From positions 729-64,728 of the forward strand of contig JAMASZ010000056.1 in assembly GCA_023301585.1 (NCBI GenBank): a stretch of 64,000 nucleotides of DNA, in the 5' to 3' direction. Every line of letters begins with the position of its first letter. Position 1 is the first letter of the stretch. A model generated the notes under the pieces. The model searched no databases, was not told where the DNA came from, and saw only the letters and a list, made by a program, of their open reading frames with translations. This stretch comes from Alphaproteobacteria bacterium (GTDB lineage Bacteria; Pseudomonadota; Alphaproteobacteria; Micavibrionales; Micavibrionaceae). This document shows, one piece after another, positions 61,080-64,000 of the stretch. The position numbers and the translations under genes were made by a program.

Positions 61080-63305
61080 ATGTCAATTCTCAGAGCCGTT
61101 TCTTTCTTGGCCACTGCCTTCGTTTGCGCCGGACAAACCAAAATCGATCCTACTGGGATCTGTCAAGGGACGTGCACGCGGTCTTGTACCGATTTTACTG
61201 ACGCTGCTACCTGCTTGCTCATGGGGTGCCAAGCGGTCTTTCCGGCACACAGCGTGGGCAAAATATGTTCCTGTCAATCCTCCATGAAAGACTGTGCTGA
61301 GTTAAACACGCAGTTTGAATGTGAGCATCTCGCCAATTGCGAATGGACACACTATGAAGACGCCGATGACATTGTAATGCCCGAGTGCCCTCCCGAGCAA
61401 AGCGATGTTACATCGACATCGGCATCGGACAAGGATTCTTCAACGCAGCCACCGTCGCCTACCGATGACGACTCGTATGGTGACCGAGGGTTGGTGATTC
61501 ATTCCTCTACGGACGACGCGAGTGTCGCGCCGACGCCCGCAGCAACATCGTCGAAAGACGACAAGCATGATGCGTTGACACCACCTCCCGCCGCAGAGTC
61601 GGGTGATGATGATACCATAACACCTGCTCCGGCCTCGGCCTCGTCCGACGAACCCTCTCCTTCGCCCGTCACAGACTCGGGTGATGATGATACCGTAACA
61701 CCTGCCCCGGCGTCGGCCTCGTCGGACGAACCCTCTCCTTCTCCCGTCACAGACTCGGGTGATGATGATACCGTAACACCTGCTCCGGCCTCGGCCTCGT
61801 CCGACGAACCCTCTCCTTCGCCCGTCACAGACTCGGGTGATGATGATACCGTAACACCTGCTCCGGCCTCGGCCTCGTCCGACGAACCCTATCCTTCGCC
61901 CGTCACAGACTCGGGTGATGATGATACCGTAACACCTGCTCCGGCATCGGCCTCGTCCGACGAACCCTCGCCTTCGCCCGTCACAGACTCGGGTGATGAT
62001 GATACCATAACACCTGCTCCGGCCTCGGCCTCGTCCGACGAACCCTCTCCTTCGCCCGTCACAGACTCGAGTAATGATGATACCATAACACCTGCTCCGG
62101 CCTCGGCCTCGTCCGACGAACCCTCTCCTTCGCCCGTCACAGACTCGGGTGATGATGATACCATAACACCTGCTCCGGCCTCGGCCCCGTCCGACGAACC
62201 CTCTCCTTCGCCCGTCACAGACTCGAGTGATGATGATACCATAACACCTGCTCCGGCCTCGGCCTTGTCCGAAGAACCCTCTCCTTCGCCCGTCACAGAC
62301 TCGAGTGATGATGATACCATAACATCTGCTCCGGCCTCGGCGTCGTCCGACGAACCCTCGCCTTCGCCCGTTACAGACTCGGGTGATGATGATACCATAA
62401 CATCTGCTCCGGCCTCGGCGTCGTCCGACGACCCCTCTCCTTCGCCCGCCACAGACTCGATTGACGGAACCGATGACACGTACACGCCTTCGCCTGCCGC
62501 GGACTCGATCGACAAGGGGTCCACACCTTCACCTGCTACAGACTCGAGTGATGACGCGTCGACACCCTCTCCTTCTACCGACTCGAGCGACGGAACCGAT
62601 GACATGCACACGCCATCGCCTGCCGCGGACTCGATCGACGGAACCGATGAGACGGACACAGACTCGAGTGATGAGGGGTCGACACCCTCTCCTTCTACCG
62701 ACTCGAGCGACGGAACCAATGACATGCACACGCATTCGCCGGCCACAGACTCGGCCGACAGAACCGACGGAACCGACGAGACGCAAACGCCTACGCCTGC
62801 ATCAGACTCGCGTGACGATACGAGCGACATGCCAACCGACGATGACCAGCATCGCGACAGAGGATTTGAAATCACACCATCACCTTCCATCGGCCACGAA
62901 CTGGCGGCGGACGACGACTCGGGCGTTGACAACGACGGTGCGCCTACCCCTTCACCCAGCGGACACAAGCACCAGCGACCGACGTCGTCTCACAGGGACG
63001 AGTACTACGACTCCACCACTACCCCGACCCATGGGGACCGCGAGATTGTCTTCGATGACGACGACACGGGTCGGGCTAGCTCGGCGCCTACATTTGCGCC
63101 CACCGGATCTCCTACTTCGCTTTCATCCGTCTCTCCAACTACGGGGTCTATGTGGTGGAGTCAAAGTCCACAAGTAACCTCCACGATAGCCTTCGCGCAA
63201 TCAAGCACGTCGGACGCTAACTGTACGCATACGCACCCGTCTTTAGCGGAATTACTAGTTGTGTTTGGAGTAACCTTGACTTTGATCGGCATCATGGGTC
63301 CCTGA
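61080..63305 (+). CDS. Type-I membrane mucin-like glycoprotein with 11 tandem 26-aa repeats
   Basis: ATG 61080. Signal peptide MSILRAVSFLATAFVCAGQ. Cys-rich N-terminal domain. 11 x S(G/S)DDDT(I/V)TPAPASASSDEPSPSPVTD, then degenerate S/T/D/P repeats. C-terminal TM LAELLVVFGVTLTLIGIMG. Confidence 0.8.
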   Translation: MSILRAVSFLATAFVCAGQTKIDPTGICQGTCTRSCTDFTDAATCLLMGCQAVFPAHSVGKICSCQSSMKDCAELNTQFECEHLANCEWTHYEDADDIVMPECPPEQSDVTSTSASDKDSSTQPPSPTDDDSYGDRGLVIHSSTDDASVAPTPAATSSKDDKHDALTPPPAAESGDDDTITPAPASASSDEPSPSPVTDSGDDDTVTPAPASASSDEPSPSPVTDSGDDDTVTPAPASASSDEPSPSPVTDSGDDDTVTPAPASASSDEPYPSPVTDSGDDDTVTPAPASASSDEPSPSPVTDSGDDDTITPAPASASSDEPSPSPVTDSSNDDTITPAPASASSDEPSPSPVTDSGDDDTITPAPASAPSDEPSPSPVTDSSDDDTITPAPASALSEEPSPSPVTDSSDDDTITSAPASASSDEPSPSPVTDSGDDDTITSAPASASSDDPSPSPATDSIDGTDDTYTPSPAADSIDKGSTPSPATDSSDDASTPSPSTDSSDGTDDMHTPSPAADSIDGTDETDTDSSDEGSTPSPSTDSSDGTNDMHTHSPATDSADRTDGTDETQTPTPASDSRDDTSDMPTDDDQHRDRGFEITPSPSIGHELAADDDSGVDNDGAPTPSPSGHKHQRPTSSHRDEYYDSTTTPTHGDREIVFDDDDTGRASSAPTFAPTGSPTSLSSVSPTTGSMWWSQSPQVTSTIAFAQSSTSDANCTHTHPSLAELLVVFGVTLTLIGIMGP
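61599..62456 (+). repeat. 78-bp tandem repeat x11 (coding)
   Basis: The period was checked from cacctgctcc at 61621 to cacctgcccc at 61699. The copies are nearly identical. Confidence 0.9.
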
Positions 63306-63359
63306 GAATTTGAACTGTGAAGAGTGGGATCGTCTCGGTTTGCTATATCGTCAATCAAA

Positions 63360-63707
63360 ATGGTTTCACAACGAGAACGACGCATAGCGTCGATGTGTGT
63401 GGTTATATTTGTCGTTTTAGTGTTCACGATCGAGTACTTGTACATTGTGTCGATATGGCGACGCCCGGAGTTTGGGTACAGGGTTTTGATGGCCACACTC
63501 CTCGTGTTCACTACTCTTTCGGAGGTGGAAACGGCGTTCGGCGAAGGATTTTTAATTCACGTCCCCAGGGCAAGTGTCGTCGCGCTTGCCGTGGACTCTG
63601 CAATTTTGGAGGGAGTCATGTTGTGCAAGAGGAGGGCCTTCGCGAGGAAGATGAGGGTTTACGATGAGCAGATGTTGGCTGAGGATGCATTTGAAGATGA
63701 AGCGTGA
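63360..63707 (+). CDS. Small hypothetical membrane protein
   Basis: Track start is GTG; ATG 63360 (MVSQRERRIASMCVVIFVVLVFTIEYL..). Two TM helices and an acidic C-terminus. Confidence 0.45.
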   Translation: MVSQRERRIASMCVVIFVVLVFTIEYLYIVSIWRRPEFGYRVLMATLLVFTTLSEVETAFGEGFLIHVPRASVVALAVDSAILEGVMLCKRRAFARKMRVYDEQMLAEDAFEDEA

Positions 63708-63751
63708 AAAGCGGAAGATGGTCTTGGAAATTAGCGATTGCTCTTGCTTTT

Positions 63752-64000
63752 TCATTTCACCAGAGCGCGGAGCTTGGTTGCCTTGGTGATATATAGCTGG
63801 CGCTGGGGGTCATTCACATAATCCTCGTAACTAAGAAATCGCGATTCGTCGAGAGAACTGACCATATTCGCCCGGATCTCATCTGTAATACAAATCTGAC
63901 AGGTTGAAGCTCGTGACTCTATCCCTGCGACGTTTTCTCCTGCGCGGATATACAAATACCCCCTTGAACTCGGACTTTTCAGTGGCCAAGAACTGCTCCA
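63752..64000 (-). CDS. 3' end of a minus-strand gene continuing beyond the right edge (partial)
   Basis: The frame of track ORF 63752..63955 (TTG start) stays open up to base 64000 when read by hand (WSSSWPLKSPSSRGY..). No assignment. Confidence 0.35.
   Translation of the reverse strand, partial: WSSSWPLKSPSSRGYLYIRAGENVAGIESRASTCQICITDEIRANMVSSLDESRFLSYEDYVNDPQRQLYITKATKLRALVK

Noticed and set aside
61599-62456. Regular 78-bp repeats as a CRISPR-like array
   Set aside because: There are no unique spacers between the repeats. The units are contiguous and in frame, and they encode a Ser/Thr/Pro/Asp mucin-like repeat within a 741-aa ORF of a eukaryotic-virus-type genome.

Overview
Gene-dense segment of a nucleocytoplasmic large DNA virus (NCLDV) genome: about 65 protein-coding genes on both strands, spacers mostly under 100 bp, and several short convergent overlaps. 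No rRNA, tRNA or CRISPR was seen. Intact NCLDV core genes are family-B DNA polymerase, PCNA, RFC small subunit, D5-type SF3 helicase, A22/RuvC-type Holliday-junction resolvase, VLTF3-like and VLTF2-like factors, RNR small subunit, a DEDDh exonuclease, a dCMP-deaminase-like enzyme, a probable gp2.5-type SSB and a probable penton protein. Two hybrid histidine kinases, an HPt protein, three Ser/Thr kinases, EsV-1-7-type cysteine repeats and ankyrin paralogs point to a Phaeovirus (EsV-1-like brown-algal virus) or an integrated copy of one. This lineage call rests on motif recognition and memory, not on a search. The ORF track accepts TTG/GTG/CTG starts, so I re-anchored CDS starts to the first in-frame ATG where the listed start was not ATG. 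Most notable is a 2-kb gene-poor island (14.4-16.4 kb). It holds only an orphan C-terminal fragment of a major capsid protein, bracketed by two diverged copies of a roughly 400-bp element. No intact MCP gene occurs anywhere in the window. Other points of interest:
- a divergent HPt / hybrid-HK pair plus a second HK
- a co-oriented kinase / truncated NDP-sugar dehydrogenase / chitin-synthase-like GT2 block
- an MT-A70-like methyltransferase fused to a SWIB domain
- a glutaredoxin-R2 fusion
- a set of proteins with F-box-like N-termini (three tandem ankyrin paralogs, an LRR protein and a Gly-repeat protein)
- a single-fold cyclin-like ORF
- recurrent intergenic motifs

All family assignments come from motifs read by eye and need profile searches.
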